Below are positions 38,814 through 48,756 of a stretch of 64,000 bases of DNA, in pieces. Position 1 is the first letter of the stretch. The number at the start of each line of letters is the position of its first letter. The translations under genes were made by a program, and so were the position numbers. Under the pieces are notes generated by a model. The model had not been told where the DNA came from, made no database searches, and was given only the letters and a program-made list of their open reading frames with translations. The DNA comes from Chloroflexota bacterium (GTDB lineage: Bacteria; Chloroflexota; Anaerolineae; DTLA01): assembly GCA_014874485.1 (NCBI GenBank), contig JADBJK010000074.1:75678-139677 (forward strand), given 5' to 3'.

Positions 38814-40355
38814 ATGCCCAAGGGACAGCGCGCGTTCCTGACGTTGGCCGTGTTCGTCGCCGGCATGACCACCATGGCGGTGGAGATGTCGGCTGCGCGG
38901 CTTCTGGACCCCTACTTCGGCAACTCGCTCATCGTGTGGGCGAACCTCATCGGGCTAATCCTGGTGTACCTGTCGGTGGGCTACTACCTGGGCGGCCGCA
39001 TCGCCGACCGCTCGCCGCACCCCGCGACGTTCTACAGTATCATCGGCGCGGCGGCGATTCTCGTCGGGCTGGTCCCCTTCGCGGCGCGGCCCGTGCTGTC
39101 GCTCTCCGTGCGCGGGTTCGCCGCCTACGATGTGGGGCTGTTGGCCGGTTCGCTGTTGGGAGTGCTCCTGCTGTTCGCCGCGCCGGTCATCCTGCTGGGG
39201 TTCGTGTCGCCGTTCGCGGTGCGCCTGGCGGTGCAGGACGTGGGCTCGTCGGGGCATGCCGCCGGGCGGATGTACGCCGTGTCCACGCTGGGGAGCATCG
39301 TGGGCACGTTCGCGCCGGTGCTGGTGTTCATCCCCGCCATCGGCACGCGGCGGACGTTCTGGCTGTTCTCGCTGGCGCTGCTGGCCGTTGCAATCGCAGG
39401 GTTGGCGCTGGCCCGGTCCCGCCGCGCGTGGGCCTACGCTGCCTGCGGGGTCGTCCTGCTGGCCGCCATCGTGGCGATTCCGACGGGCGTCGTGAAGGCG
39501 TCCGAGGGCCTCATCTACGAGACCGAGTCGGCCTACAACTACATCCAGGTGGTGCGCTGGGGCGACGACATCTACCTGCGCCTCAACGAAGGCCAGGGCG
39601 TGCACTCCGTGTACAACCCGCGCGAGGAACTGACGGGGGAGGTGTGGGACTACTTCCTCGTCGCGCCGCTGTTCAACGCGCCGCCGTTCGCGCCGTCGCA
39701 GGTGTCCAGCCTATGCCTCATCGGCCTGGCGGCGGGCACGGTGTCCAAGCAGTACGCGCTGGTGTACGGCGGCTTGCCCATGGACGGCGTGGAGATTGAC
39801 CCGGAAATCGTCCGCGTGGGCCGCGAGTTTTTCGCCATGACCGAGCCGAACCTGCGCGTGATCGTCCAGGATGGGCGCTACTTTCTCCGCAATAGCCCGC
39901 GAGTGTATTCCGTCGTCGCCGTGGATGCTTATCGCCCGCCGTACATCCCCTTCCACCTGACGACGCGCGAGTTCTTCCAAGAGGTGCTCGCCCACCTGAC
40001 GGACGACGGCGTGGCGGCGGTGAACGTGGGGCGGGCGCCGGGGGACTACTCGCTGGTGAACGCCATCGCCCAGACCATGCGCACCGTGTTCCCCAGCGTG
40101 TACGTGCTGGACACGCCCGACCGCGATGGAAGCCTGGCGTCGTGCCTGGTGGTGGCGACGCGCCAACCGACGACGCCGGATAACTTCCGGGTCAACGCGG
40201 CGCACCTCACCGACGCGCGCCTGCGCGCCGTATCTGAGCGGGTACTGCCACTGATGTGGGAAGTAACCGAGGCGCGGGCCGTGTTCACCGACGACCGCGC
40301 GCCCGTGGAGCAAATCGTGCACGGAATCATCCTACGCTATGTGTTGGGAGAGTGA
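38814..40355 (+). CDS. Fused membrane domain / spermidine synthase-like SAM-binding protein
   Basis: Multi-TM N-terminus (PYFGNS...W), IGLAAG, VEIDP, DGR, DAY, HLTTREFF, TDDRAP. Confidence 0.88.
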   Translation: MPKGQRAFLTLAVFVAGMTTMAVEMSAARLLDPYFGNSLIVWANLIGLILVYLSVGYYLGGRIADRSPHPATFYSIIGAAAILVGLVPFAARPVLSLSVRGFAAYDVGLLAGSLLGVLLLFAAPVILLGFVSPFAVRLAVQDVGSSGHAAGRMYAVSTLGSIVGTFAPVLVFIPAIGTRRTFWLFSLALLAVAIAGLALARSRRAWAYAACGVVLLAAIVAIPTGVVKASEGLIYETESAYNYIQVVRWGDDIYLRLNEGQGVHSVYNPREELTGEVWDYFLVAPLFNAPPFAPSQVSSLCLIGLAAGTVSKQYALVYGGLPMDGVEIDPEIVRVGREFFAMTEPNLRVIVQDGRYFLRNSPRVYSVVAVDAYRPPYIPFHLTTREFFQEVLAHLTDDGVAAVNVGRAPGDYSLVNAIAQTMRTVFPSVYVLDTPDRDGSLASCLVVATRQPTTPDNFRVNAAHLTDARLRAVSERVLPLMWEVTEARAVFTDDRAPVEQIVHGIILRYVLGE

Positions 40356-40356
40356 G

Positions 40357-41064
40357 ATGCCTCGGAAGGACGGCCGCCGCTCCGACGAACTTCGGCCGGT
40401 CCGCATCACGACCGGCTTCACGAAATACGCCGAGGGGTCTGCCCTCATCTGCCTGGGCGACACCCACGTTCTCTGCAACGTCTCGGTGGAGAACGCGGTC
40501 CCGGCCCATCGGCTGGGCAAGGGCGGATGGGTTACGGCCGAGTACGCGCTGCTGCCCCGCTCTACTTTGACCCGCACGCCCAGGGAGACCGCCGGACTGA
40601 CCGCCCGCACGCAGGAGATTCGCCGCCTCATCGGGCGGAGCCTGCGGGCGTCGGTGGACCTGTCGCTGCTGGGCGAGCGCACCTTCATCGCCGACTGCGA
40701 CGTTCTGCAGGCCGACGGGGGCACGCGCACCGCCGCCGTTACGGGCGCATACGTGGCGCTGGCCCTCGCCGTGCGCAGGCTCATCGCGGAGGGCGAGGTT
40801 GACCCGCGGGCGCTCCTCGCGCCGGTGGCAGCGGTGAGCGTGGGCATGGTGGGGGGCGAGCCGCTGCTGGACCTGTGCTACGAGGAAGACCTGGCGGCAG
40901 ATGTGGACTTCAATGTGGTGATGAACGCGCGCGGGCAGTACGTGGAGGTGCAGGGCACGGCCGAAGGGCGGCCCTTCTCGCACGGCGACCTGCTGCGGCT
41001 GCTGGAGATGGCCCACCGGGGCATCGGCCTGCTCCTGGCGGCCCAGGAGAAGGCGCTGGCGTAA
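40357..41064 (+). CDS. rph: Ribonuclease PH
   Basis: RKDGR, AEGS, GWVTAEY, EIRRLIGRSLRA, DCDVLQADGGTRTA, EVQGTAEG. Confidence 0.96.
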   Translation: MPRKDGRRSDELRPVRITTGFTKYAEGSALICLGDTHVLCNVSVENAVPAHRLGKGGWVTAEYALLPRSTLTRTPRETAGLTARTQEIRRLIGRSLRASVDLSLLGERTFIADCDVLQADGGTRTAAVTGAYVALALAVRRLIAEGEVDPRALLAPVAAVSVGMVGGEPLLDLCYEEDLAADVDFNVVMNARGQYVEVQGTAEGRPFSHGDLLRLLEMAHRGIGLLLAAQEKALA

Positions 41065-41086
41065 ACCGCGCGGCAAGGAGTGGAAC

Positions 41087-41779
41087 ATGGAACTGAGAGC
41101 ATACTGGCGGGTGCTGAAGCGGCGGTGGTGGGTGTGGGTTCTGTTGCCCGTGCTGGTGGCCGTCATCACGCTGCTGACGGCCAGGCCCGCGCCCACGACC
41201 TACACGGCGTCCATGGCGTTCACCGTGGGCATCAGGCCCGAGCCGAAGACCGGCGCGTACTACAGTTATGACCGCTACTACACGTGGCTGACGGCGGAGT
41301 ACTTCGTGGACGACCTGGCCGAGGTCATCCGGCGGAGCGAGTTCAGCAACGCCGTGAGCGCGGAACTGGCCAAGCGCGGCGTGCAGGTGTCGGGGGTCGC
41401 CGTCGGCGCGGCCACGCAGACGGGCAAACTCCACCGCATCCTGAACGTCAGCGTGGCGTGGCACGACCCGGAGCAGATTCGCGCCATCGCCGACGCCATC
41501 ACCACCGTGCTGGAAGAGCAGAGCGCCGCGTTCTTCGGCTTCCTCCAGGCCGAGGATGCGGTGGTGCGGCGAATTGACGGGCCGCACTTCGGCGTGGCGG
41601 GGCGCAGCCTGCGGGAACGCTTGGACTTGCCGCTGCGTCTAATAATCGCGCTCGTGGCGGGCGTGGCCATCGCGTTCCTGTGGGACTACCTGGACGACAC
41701 GGTGCGCACCCGCGAGGAACTGGCCCGCATGGGGGTGGAGGTGCTCGCCGAAATCCCGCGCCCGCGCCGCTGGCTGTGA
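41087..41779 (+). CDS. Polysaccharide co-polymerase (Wzz/CapA-like)
   Basis: MELRAYWRVLKRRWW, two TMs, DYLDDTVRT..E. Confidence 0.85.
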   Translation: MELRAYWRVLKRRWWVWVLLPVLVAVITLLTARPAPTTYTASMAFTVGIRPEPKTGAYYSYDRYYTWLTAEYFVDDLAEVIRRSEFSNAVSAELAKRGVQVSGVAVGAATQTGKLHRILNVSVAWHDPEQIRAIADAITTVLEEQSAAFFGFLQAEDAVVRRIDGPHFGVAGRSLRERLDLPLRLIIALVAGVAIAFLWDYLDDTVRTREELARMGVEVLAEIPRPRRWL

Positions 41780-41790
41780 TGCGGGCCGAC

Positions 41791-42203
41791 TGTCATTGCG
41801 AGGGCACGGAGTGCCCGAAGCAATCCCAGGAGCGGGAGATTGCTTCGCTTCGCTCGCAATGACGGGTGGTCGTTGTCATTGCGAGGGCACGGAGTGCCCG
41901 AAGCAATCCCAGGAGCGGGAGATTGCTTCGCTTCGCTCGCAATGACGGGTGGTCGTTGTCATTGCGAGGGCACGGAGTGCCCGAAGCAATCCCAGGAGCG
42001 GGAGATTGCTTCGCTTCGCTCGCAATGACGGGTGGTCGTTGTCATTGCGAGGGCACGGAGTGCCCGAAGCAATCCCAGGAGCGGGAGATTGCTTCGCTTC
42101 GCTCGCAATGACAGATGGGCTGTCATTCCGAGCGGCGAAGCCGCGAAGAATCTCGCCAGCCGAGATGCTTCGCACATGCGACGCACCTCGGAGATGCACC
42201 GTA
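41791..42203. repeat. Four tandem 83-bp TGTCATTGCGAG elements (41791, 41874, 41957, 42040) plus a partial composite
   Basis: Identical units joined by an identical GGGTGGTCGT linker. Confidence 0.95.
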
Positions 42204-42214
42204 CGGGAACCACT

Positions 42215-42243
42215 TTGCCCGTGCAGGTCAGGTGTGGTAGAAT
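42215..42243 (+). promoter_or_regulatory. Sigma70-type promoter
   Basis: TTGCCC-17bp-TAGAAT. Confidence 0.6.
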
Positions 42244-42272
42244 TGCGCGACGACATCGGTTAGGAGGCAGGG

Positions 42273-43046
42273 TTGGAATTCCGAGACTACCTGGAGATCA
42301 TCCGCAAGCGAGGCTGGATATTCATCTTCCTGGCCCTCTTCACGGCGGCGGTGGCCGTGCTGGTGGGCAAGTTCCAGACCCCCGTGTACCGCGCCACCAT
42401 CGTCCTTCGCGCGGAACCGGCCCGCGCCGACTGGGGGCTGAGCAACACGGCCAAAGACCTGCTCCGCAGTTACACGCTGCAGATTCGCAGCCACAACACG
42501 GCCCAGCGGGCGATTGACCGCGGCCAGTTGGACATGTCCACCGACGACTTGCTCAGCAAGATCACGGTCAGCCCCGACCCGTCCAACTTCTCCATCCGCA
42601 TTGACGCCAAGGACACCGACCCCAAAGTGGCGATGACCATCGCGCAGAAGGTCGCCGAGATTTTCGCCGAAGACCGCGCCGCCTGGAACGAGAAGCAGGA
42701 CAAGCGCGACCGCATTGAGGTGGCTATCATTGACAGCGCGCGCTACGAACTGTTCTCGCCGAAACTCAAGATCAACGGCATCGTCGGGTTCGTCGTGGGG
42801 CTGCTGCTGGCGGGCGTCATCGTCTTCTTCCTGGAGTGGGTTCAGGCGGATTTGCTGCGCACGCCGGAGCAGGTGGAGCGCATCACCGGCCTGGTGGTGC
42901 TCGGCTCCATCCCGGCGGGCGGCGAGGCGAACCCCACGCGGCGCAGGCGGCTGCTCCCGCGCATTCGGCCGGAGACGCTTCTGTACTTCGGGCTGGGGCT
43001 TATCGTAGGGGCCGTTGGGTTTGCCCTTGTCAGCCAGATTCTGTAG
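42273..43046 (+). CDS. Polysaccharide co-polymerase (CapA/YveK-like) with an extra C-terminal TM
   Basis: TTG start after AGGAGG; TPVYRAT, SPK, VLGSIP. Confidence 0.85.
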   Translation: MEFRDYLEIIRKRGWIFIFLALFTAAVAVLVGKFQTPVYRATIVLRAEPARADWGLSNTAKDLLRSYTLQIRSHNTAQRAIDRGQLDMSTDDLLSKITVSPDPSNFSIRIDAKDTDPKVAMTIAQKVAEIFAEDRAAWNEKQDKRDRIEVAIIDSARYELFSPKLKINGIVGFVVGLLLAGVIVFFLEWVQADLLRTPEQVERITGLVVLGSIPAGGEANPTRRRRLLPRIRPETLLYFGLGLIVGAVGFALVSQIL

Positions 43047-43103
43047 CGGCGGCTGCCTGCGTTCCGGCGCGGGCAGAGCCGTCCCTTGGAGGGATGCTTG
43101 CAG

Positions 43104-43790
43104 ATGAGCGAGAAGACTCTGCAGAACTTGATCACGATTGCGCAGCCGCGGTCTGCTGCCAGCGAGGCGTACCGCACGCTGCTGACCAGCATTGACTTTG
43201 CCGGGCTGGACAAGCCCATTCGCACCCTGATGCTGACCAGCGCCAGCCCGGAAGAGGGCAAGTCGTCCACCCTGGCCAACCTGGCGGTGGTTGCCGCGCA
43301 GGAGGGGCGCAAGGTCATCGTCGCGGACTGCGACTTGCGCCGGCCCTCGCTCCATTCCATCTTCGGCCTTCCCAACGGCGAGGGGCTGACCACGGCGCTG
43401 ATGAATGCGGAGATGCTGAAGGAGCCGCCGCTTCGCGCGGTGGGGGTCAACGGCCTGTCGGTGCTCACCAGCGGGCCCATACCGCCCAACCCGCTGGAAC
43501 TGCTCGGTTCGCGCCGCATGGCCGACTTGCTGGCGGCGCTTGCGGACCGCGCGGACATGGTGCTGGTGGACGCGCCGCCGGTCGTCGCCGTGGCCGACGC
43601 CGCAATCCTGGCGTCCAAAGTGGACGCCGTCCTGCTCGTCGTTCAGGCGGGGAAGGCGAAGCGAGACTACGTAGAGCGGGCGAAGGCCCTGCTGGAGAAG
43701 GCCAACGCGCGCATCATCGGCGCGGCCCTGACCAACGTGCAGGCCGACAGCCTGCTCACCCGGTACTACGCCGCCGAGGGCAGTCGGTAG
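43104..43790 (+). CDS. BY-kinase (CpsD/CapB family tyrosine kinase)
   Basis: EAYRTL, TSASPEEGKS, DCDLRRP, PPNP.ELL, DAPP, C-terminal YY. Confidence 0.93.
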   Translation: MSEKTLQNLITIAQPRSAASEAYRTLLTSIDFAGLDKPIRTLMLTSASPEEGKSSTLANLAVVAAQEGRKVIVADCDLRRPSLHSIFGLPNGEGLTTALMNAEMLKEPPLRAVGVNGLSVLTSGPIPPNPLELLGSRRMADLLAALADRADMVLVDAPPVVAVADAAILASKVDAVLLVVQAGKAKRDYVERAKALLEKANARIIGAALTNVQADSLLTRYYAAEGSR

Positions 43791-43793
43791 CGG

Positions 43794-44561
43794 ATGGGGC
43801 AGTCGCCGACCGCAGGGCTTGTGGACCTGCACACCCACATCGTGCCGGGCGTGGACGATGGCGCGCAGACCCCGGACGAGTCGCTGGCGATGGCCCGCGC
43901 GGCGCTGGCCGACGGAGTCCGTCAGGTCGTTGCCACTCCTCACATCCCGTTCGCGGGGATGACCCGCGAGGAGTTCGGCCAACGCCTGGAAAGCCTGCGG
44001 CAGGTTCTCGCAGGCCAGGGGGCGAATCTGGAGGTGCACCTGGGGGCAGAGGTGAGCCTGGAGCCGGATATCCTTCGGTGGCTCGCGGCTGGGCTGGCCT
44101 GGCCCATCGGGGCCACGCGCTATGTCCTGGTGGAACTCCCGTTCTTCGTCCTCCCGCCCTACACCGAGGACGTGATCTTCAGGCTCCAGGTGGAGGGGTA
44201 CAAGCCCATCCTGGCACACCCGGAGCGCAACGCACTGCTGGCGGCGAAGCCCGAACGGTTGCAGGTGCTGGTGGAGCGCGGCGTCCTGGTGCAGATCACG
44301 ACGACCAGCATCCTGGGCGGCTTCGGGGTGCAGGCAAAATCCGCGGCGCAGGCGTTCCTTGAGCGGGGCTGGGTGCATGTGCTGGCGTCGGACGCGCACT
44401 CGGCCAACCACCGCCCCCCGCTCCTGACGGAGGCAGCGCGGGCGGCGGAGAGAATCGTCGGCGCGGATGCTTGGCGCCTGGTGAGCACCAACCCCGCCGC
44501 GATTCTGGGCGGCAGCGAGGATGTGGAACCGGCGCGTCCCGCCAGACGGGCGCGGCAATGA
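43794..44561 (+). CDS. PHP-family tyrosine phosphatase (CpsB/CapC)
   Basis: DLHTHIVPGVDDG, ATPH, AHPERN, ASDAH. Confidence 0.93.
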   Translation: MGQSPTAGLVDLHTHIVPGVDDGAQTPDESLAMARAALADGVRQVVATPHIPFAGMTREEFGQRLESLRQVLAGQGANLEVHLGAEVSLEPDILRWLAAGLAWPIGATRYVLVELPFFVLPPYTEDVIFRLQVEGYKPILAHPERNALLAAKPERLQVLVERGVLVQITTTSILGGFGVQAKSAAQAFLERGWVHVLASDAHSANHRPPLLTEAARAAERIVGADAWRLVSTNPAAILGGSEDVEPARPARRARQ

Positions 44562-44577
44562 TCGTGCAGGAGGCGCA

Positions 44578-45657
44578 ATGAAAGGGCTTATTCTCAGCGG
44601 GGGGAAGGGCACGCGGCTTCGGCCGCTTACCTATACCGGCGCGAAGCAATTGGTGCCGGTGGCCAACAAGCCGGTGCTGTTCTACGTGATAGAAGACCTG
44701 GTGGAGGCCGGCGTTACCGACCTGGGCATCGTCGTCGGCGACACCGGCGACCAGATACGCGAGGCGGTGGGCGACGGCTCCCGCTTCGGCGCGCGCGTTA
44801 CCTACATCCAGCAGGAGGCCCCGCTGGGCATCGCCCACGGCATCAAGATTTCCCGCGACTTCCTGGGCGACGACCGCTTCGTGCTGTTCCTGGGCGACAA
44901 CTTCATCCGCGACGGCATCGTCCCCTTCGTGGAGGCCTTCCAGGACGACTCGCTCAACGCGCAGATTCTGCTGTACAAGGTGCCCAACCCCGAAGCGCTG
45001 GGTGTGGCCGTGCTGGACGAGCGGGGCAACGTGGTGCGCCTGGTGGAGAAGCCCAAGGAGTTCGTCAGCGACCTGGCCGTCATCGGTATCTATATGTTTG
45101 ACCACCACGTGTGGGAGGCCGTCAACGCCATCAAGCCATCCAAGCGCGGCGAGTTGGAGATCACGGACACCATCCAGTACCTGGTGGACAAGGGGCTGAA
45201 TGTGAAGGCGTCCATGGTGCACGGGTGGTGGATTGACACCGGCAAGATGAGCGACATCCTGGAGGCCAACCGCCTGGTGCTGGATACCTTTGAGACGCGC
45301 ATCCTGGGCGAGGTGGATGCCAACTCCGAGGTGTACAACAAGGTGGTCGTGGAGCGCGGCGCGCGCATCGTGAACAGCATCATCCGCGGGCCTGCCATCA
45401 TCGGCGAGGAGACCCAGATCGTGAACTCCTACATCGGCCCGTTCACCAGCATCTACCACCATTGTCTGATTCAGGACGCGGAGATAGAGCACTCGGTGGT
45501 GTTGGAGAACTGCCGCATCGTGGACATAGACCAGCGGATTGAGGATTCGCTCATCGGGCGCAACGTGGAGATCACGCGCTCGCCGCTGAAGCCCCGCGCC
45601 TACAAACTCATGCTGGGCGACCACAGCAAGGTGGGGCTTATCGGCAACGGGAGATAG
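44578..45657 (+). CDS. rfbA: Glucose-1-phosphate thymidylyltransferase (long form)
   Basis: GGKGTRLRPLT, KQLVPVANKP, LGDN, EKP, RGELEITD, WIDTG. Confidence 0.93.
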   Translation: MKGLILSGGKGTRLRPLTYTGAKQLVPVANKPVLFYVIEDLVEAGVTDLGIVVGDTGDQIREAVGDGSRFGARVTYIQQEAPLGIAHGIKISRDFLGDDRFVLFLGDNFIRDGIVPFVEAFQDDSLNAQILLYKVPNPEALGVAVLDERGNVVRLVEKPKEFVSDLAVIGIYMFDHHVWEAVNAIKPSKRGELEITDTIQYLVDKGLNVKASMVHGWWIDTGKMSDILEANRLVLDTFETRILGEVDANSEVYNKVVVERGARIVNSIIRGPAIIGEETQIVNSYIGPFTSIYHHCLIQDAEIEHSVVLENCRIVDIDQRIEDSLIGRNVEITRSPLKPRAYKLMLGDHSKVGLIGNGR

Positions 45658-45767
45658 CGGTCAGCGGTCAGCATTCAGCCGTCAGCGGTCAGCATTCAGC
45701 GGACGGCCAACGGCCAACGGCGAAAGGCTAACGGCCAATGGCCAAAGGCTAAAGGCCAAAGGCAAGC
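45656..45767. repeat. Bipartite heptamer tandem array (7 x AGCnnTC then about 9 x GGCnAAn)
   Basis: Read directly; starts inside the rfbA TAG. Confidence 0.85.
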
Positions 45768-45789
45768 GGCTCTTATTCGTGAGGTGCAC

Positions 45790-47190
45790 ATGAGGACTAC
45801 GCTAGTTTACCCGGGCATCGCCGGGTACGGGTTTGACTGCCTGGGCAAGGGGATGGAGGCCGGATGGGTGAGCCACGGCTTGGCTCATATCAGCGCGGCG
45901 GCCAAGGCCCAGGGATTTGAGATAGACCTGATTGATCTGCGCGCGCTCAAGGGCTGGGACGACTTCCGCGCCGAAATCCGCCGGCGCCGCCCCGACGTCA
46001 TCGGGTTCACGATGATGAGTGTGGACTACGACCCGGTCATGCAGTCGGTGGACATCGTGAAAGAGGAGTTGCCCCAGAGCATCGTCGTGGTGGGCGGGCC
46101 GCACCCCACCCTGGCCCTGGACGAGGTGGCCCAGAACCCCAAGATTGACTACATCGTAACCCACGAGGGCGAAGTTACGTTCCCCAAACTGCTGCGCGCC
46201 ATCCAGGAGGGCAACCGCCCATCCGACCGCATCCTGGTGGGCGAGATGCCCGATTTGGACGCGCTGCCTTTCCCCGACCGCGAACTGTTCCTGAACGAGT
46301 GGCGCAAGTACGGGTACACGCTGGACTCGCCCGAGGTGCCGTTCGTGGAGGAACTCCCGCCGCCGTTCCTGACCATCATCGCGGGGCGCGGGTGCAAGTA
46401 CAACTGCAACTTCTGCCAACCCGCCGAGCGGCGCATCTTCGGCCGCAAGGTGCGCCGCCGCAGCGTGCCCAATATCATCGCCGAACTCAAGGAGTTGCGC
46501 GACCGCTATCACTTCGCGTCGTTCATGTTCCACGACGACTGCCTGACGGAAGACCGCGAGTGGGTGATAGAGTTCTGCCGCGCCTACAAGGCCGAGGGGT
46601 TCACCCAGCCGTTCTTCTGCCAGAGCCGCGCCGACATCATCGTGAAGCACCCCGACATGGTGCGCCTCATGGCCGACGCGGGGCTGCGCGGGTACTTCAT
46701 CGGGTTTGAGAGCGGGAGCGACCGCGTGCTCAAGTTCCTGCGCAAGGGCACGACCCGCGCCATCAACCTGGAAGCCGCGCGCATCTGCCGCAAGAACGGC
46801 ATCGCCATCTGGGCCAACTACATGCTGGGCATCCCCACCGAGACGGACGAAGAGGTGATGGAGACTATCTCCATGCTGAAGGAGATGGACCCGGACTACT
46901 ACAGCCCGGCCTTCTACACGCCTCACCCGGGCAGCGACCTGTTTGATTACTGCGTGGAGAACGACCTGTCGCTCATCACCAGCCACGAGCAGTACCGTCG
47001 CTCGCCCACCGAGGCGAAGATCAAGGGGAAGGACTACGACTTTCTCCGCTGGGCGCTGCAGGAATCCCAGCGGCGCAAGCCGTGGAATCAGTTCAAGCGG
47101 CAGGTGCGCCGCTACTGGAAGCGGTATGCATCGCCCAAGAAAATCGTGCGCAAACTGCTGCGCATGGCCCACCTGCTGCCGGCGGGTTAG
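45790..47190 (+). CDS. B12-binding radical SAM protein
   Basis: GGPHPT, EGE, RGCKYNCNFC, GFESGS, PGS. Confidence 0.92.
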   Translation: MRTTLVYPGIAGYGFDCLGKGMEAGWVSHGLAHISAAAKAQGFEIDLIDLRALKGWDDFRAEIRRRRPDVIGFTMMSVDYDPVMQSVDIVKEELPQSIVVVGGPHPTLALDEVAQNPKIDYIVTHEGEVTFPKLLRAIQEGNRPSDRILVGEMPDLDALPFPDRELFLNEWRKYGYTLDSPEVPFVEELPPPFLTIIAGRGCKYNCNFCQPAERRIFGRKVRRRSVPNIIAELKELRDRYHFASFMFHDDCLTEDREWVIEFCRAYKAEGFTQPFFCQSRADIIVKHPDMVRLMADAGLRGYFIGFESGSDRVLKFLRKGTTRAINLEAARICRKNGIAIWANYMLGIPTETDEEVMETISMLKEMDPDYYSPAFYTPHPGSDLFDYCVENDLSLITSHEQYRRSPTEAKIKGKDYDFLRWALQESQRRKPWNQFKRQVRRYWKRYASPKKIVRKLLRMAHLLPAG

Positions 47191-47217
47191 CGCTTGACCG
47201 CAGAGTAAATTGCCCGT

Positions 47218-47461
47218 TGTCATTGCGAGCGAAGCGAAGCAATCCCAGGCTCTATTTGTCATGCTGAGCGAAGCGAAGCATCTCGGTTGACGAGATTCTT
47301 CGCGGCTTCGCCGCTCAGAATGACAATGCTCTGTTTGTCATGCTGAGCGAAGCATCAGCGGAGCGAAGCATCTCCGTTGACGAGATTCTTCGCGGCTTCG
47401 CCGCTCAGTAGGGACAATTCATGAATTGTCCCTACGGGTGCTCCGCGCCCGCGCAATGACC
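47218..47461. repeat. Composite palindromic repeat cluster
   Basis: TGTCAT units and GTAG REP at about 47408-47435. Confidence 0.9.
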
Positions 47462-47538
47462 GGTCAGCGCGCCCCTGTGCGGGCGAAGCAGGGGTCGCCC
47501 GTGCAGCAAGGGCAGAAATCCAATCGGGGAGTTTGGCC

Positions 47539-48558
47539 GTGAAACGATTGATGATCACCGGCGGGGCCGGGTTTATCGGCTCCAACTTCGTGCACTACGT
47601 CCTGGAGCACCACCCCGACTACCACGTGGTCGTCTATGACAAACTGACGTATGCGGGCAACCTGGACAACCTGCGCGACCTGGAGGGGAACCCCCGCTAC
47701 GCCTTCGTGCGCGGCGACATCTGCGACGCGGCGCTGGTGGAGCAGACGGTGCGCGAGCACAAGATTGACACCATCGTGAACTTCGCCGCCGAGACCCACG
47801 TGGACCGCTCGCTGATGGAGCCGGGGAGTTTCATCCAGACCGACGTGTACGGGACCTACGTCCTGCTGGAGGCCGCCCGCAAGTTTGGGCTGGAGCGCTT
47901 CCACCAGGTCAGCACCGACGAGGTGTACGGCGAGGTGCTGGACGGCGCGTCGGTGGAGACGGATCCGCTAGCGCCCCGCAGCCCCTACTCGGCCAGCAAG
48001 GCTGGCGGCGAGCACATGGTTCACGCCTACTTCGTCAGTTTCGGCGTCCCCGCGACCATCACGCGCGGCTCCAACAACATCGGCCCGTACCAGTATCCGG
48101 AGAAGGCCGTGCCCCTGTTCATCACCAACGCCATTGACAACCTGCCGCTCCCCGTGTACGGCGACGGGACACAGATGCGCGACTACCAGTACGTGTGGGA
48201 TCACTGCGAGGGGATAGACGTGGTGCTCCACAAGGGGGTGCCGGGCGAGGTGTACAACCTGGGCACCGGCGTGGAGACGCGGAACATTGATATGGCCCGC
48301 CAGGTGCTTCGCCTGCTGGGCAAGCCCGAAAGCCTGATTCAGTATGTGGCCGACCGCCCCGGCCACGACCGCCGCTACGCCCTGAACTGCGACAAGATCA
48401 AGGCGCTGGGTTGGCAATCGCGCCACACCTTTGAGCAGGCGCTGGAGAAGACCGTCCGCTGGTACGTGGACAACGAGTGGTGGTGGCGCAAACTCAAGAC
48501 GGGCGAGTACCTGGAGTACTACAAGCGCCAGTACGGCGAGCGGCTCCGCCAGCGCTAG
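47539..48558 (+). CDS. rfbB: dTDP-glucose 4,6-dehydratase
   Basis: TGGAGFIGSNF, DKLTYAGN, AAETHVDRS, STDEVYG, YSASK, DRPGHDRRY. Confidence 0.96.
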   Translation: MKRLMITGGAGFIGSNFVHYVLEHHPDYHVVVYDKLTYAGNLDNLRDLEGNPRYAFVRGDICDAALVEQTVREHKIDTIVNFAAETHVDRSLMEPGSFIQTDVYGTYVLLEAARKFGLERFHQVSTDEVYGEVLDGASVETDPLAPRSPYSASKAGGEHMVHAYFVSFGVPATITRGSNNIGPYQYPEKAVPLFITNAIDNLPLPVYGDGTQMRDYQYVWDHCEGIDVVLHKGVPGEVYNLGTGVETRNIDMARQVLRLLGKPESLIQYVADRPGHDRRYALNCDKIKALGWQSRHTFEQALEKTVRWYVDNEWWWRKLKTGEYLEYYKRQYGERLRQR

Positions 48559-48572
48559 TGCTGAGCCACGCC

Positions 48573-48755
48573 GATTCTTGATCGCATGTCATGGCGAGGG
48601 TCGCAGCGATTGAGTAATCCCCGCAGCCTGTCATTCTGAGGCGCGAAGCGCCGAAGAATCTCGTCAACCGAGATGCTTCGCTTTGCTCAGCATGACAGAT
48701 CGGGAGAGTGCAAGGCACGTGCGACGCACCTCCGAGGTGCGTCGCACGTGGGCCG
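48573..48755. repeat. Composite palindromic repeat cluster between convergent genes
   Basis: TGTCATTCTGAG...CAGCATGACA plus TGCGACGCAC palindrome. Confidence 0.88.
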
Positions 48756-48756
48756 A

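Noticed and set aside
41791-42112. Regularly spaced repeats as a CRISPR array (also 25304-25868)
   Set aside because: Linkers are identical rather than unique spacers, units are too long, and no cas genes are present.
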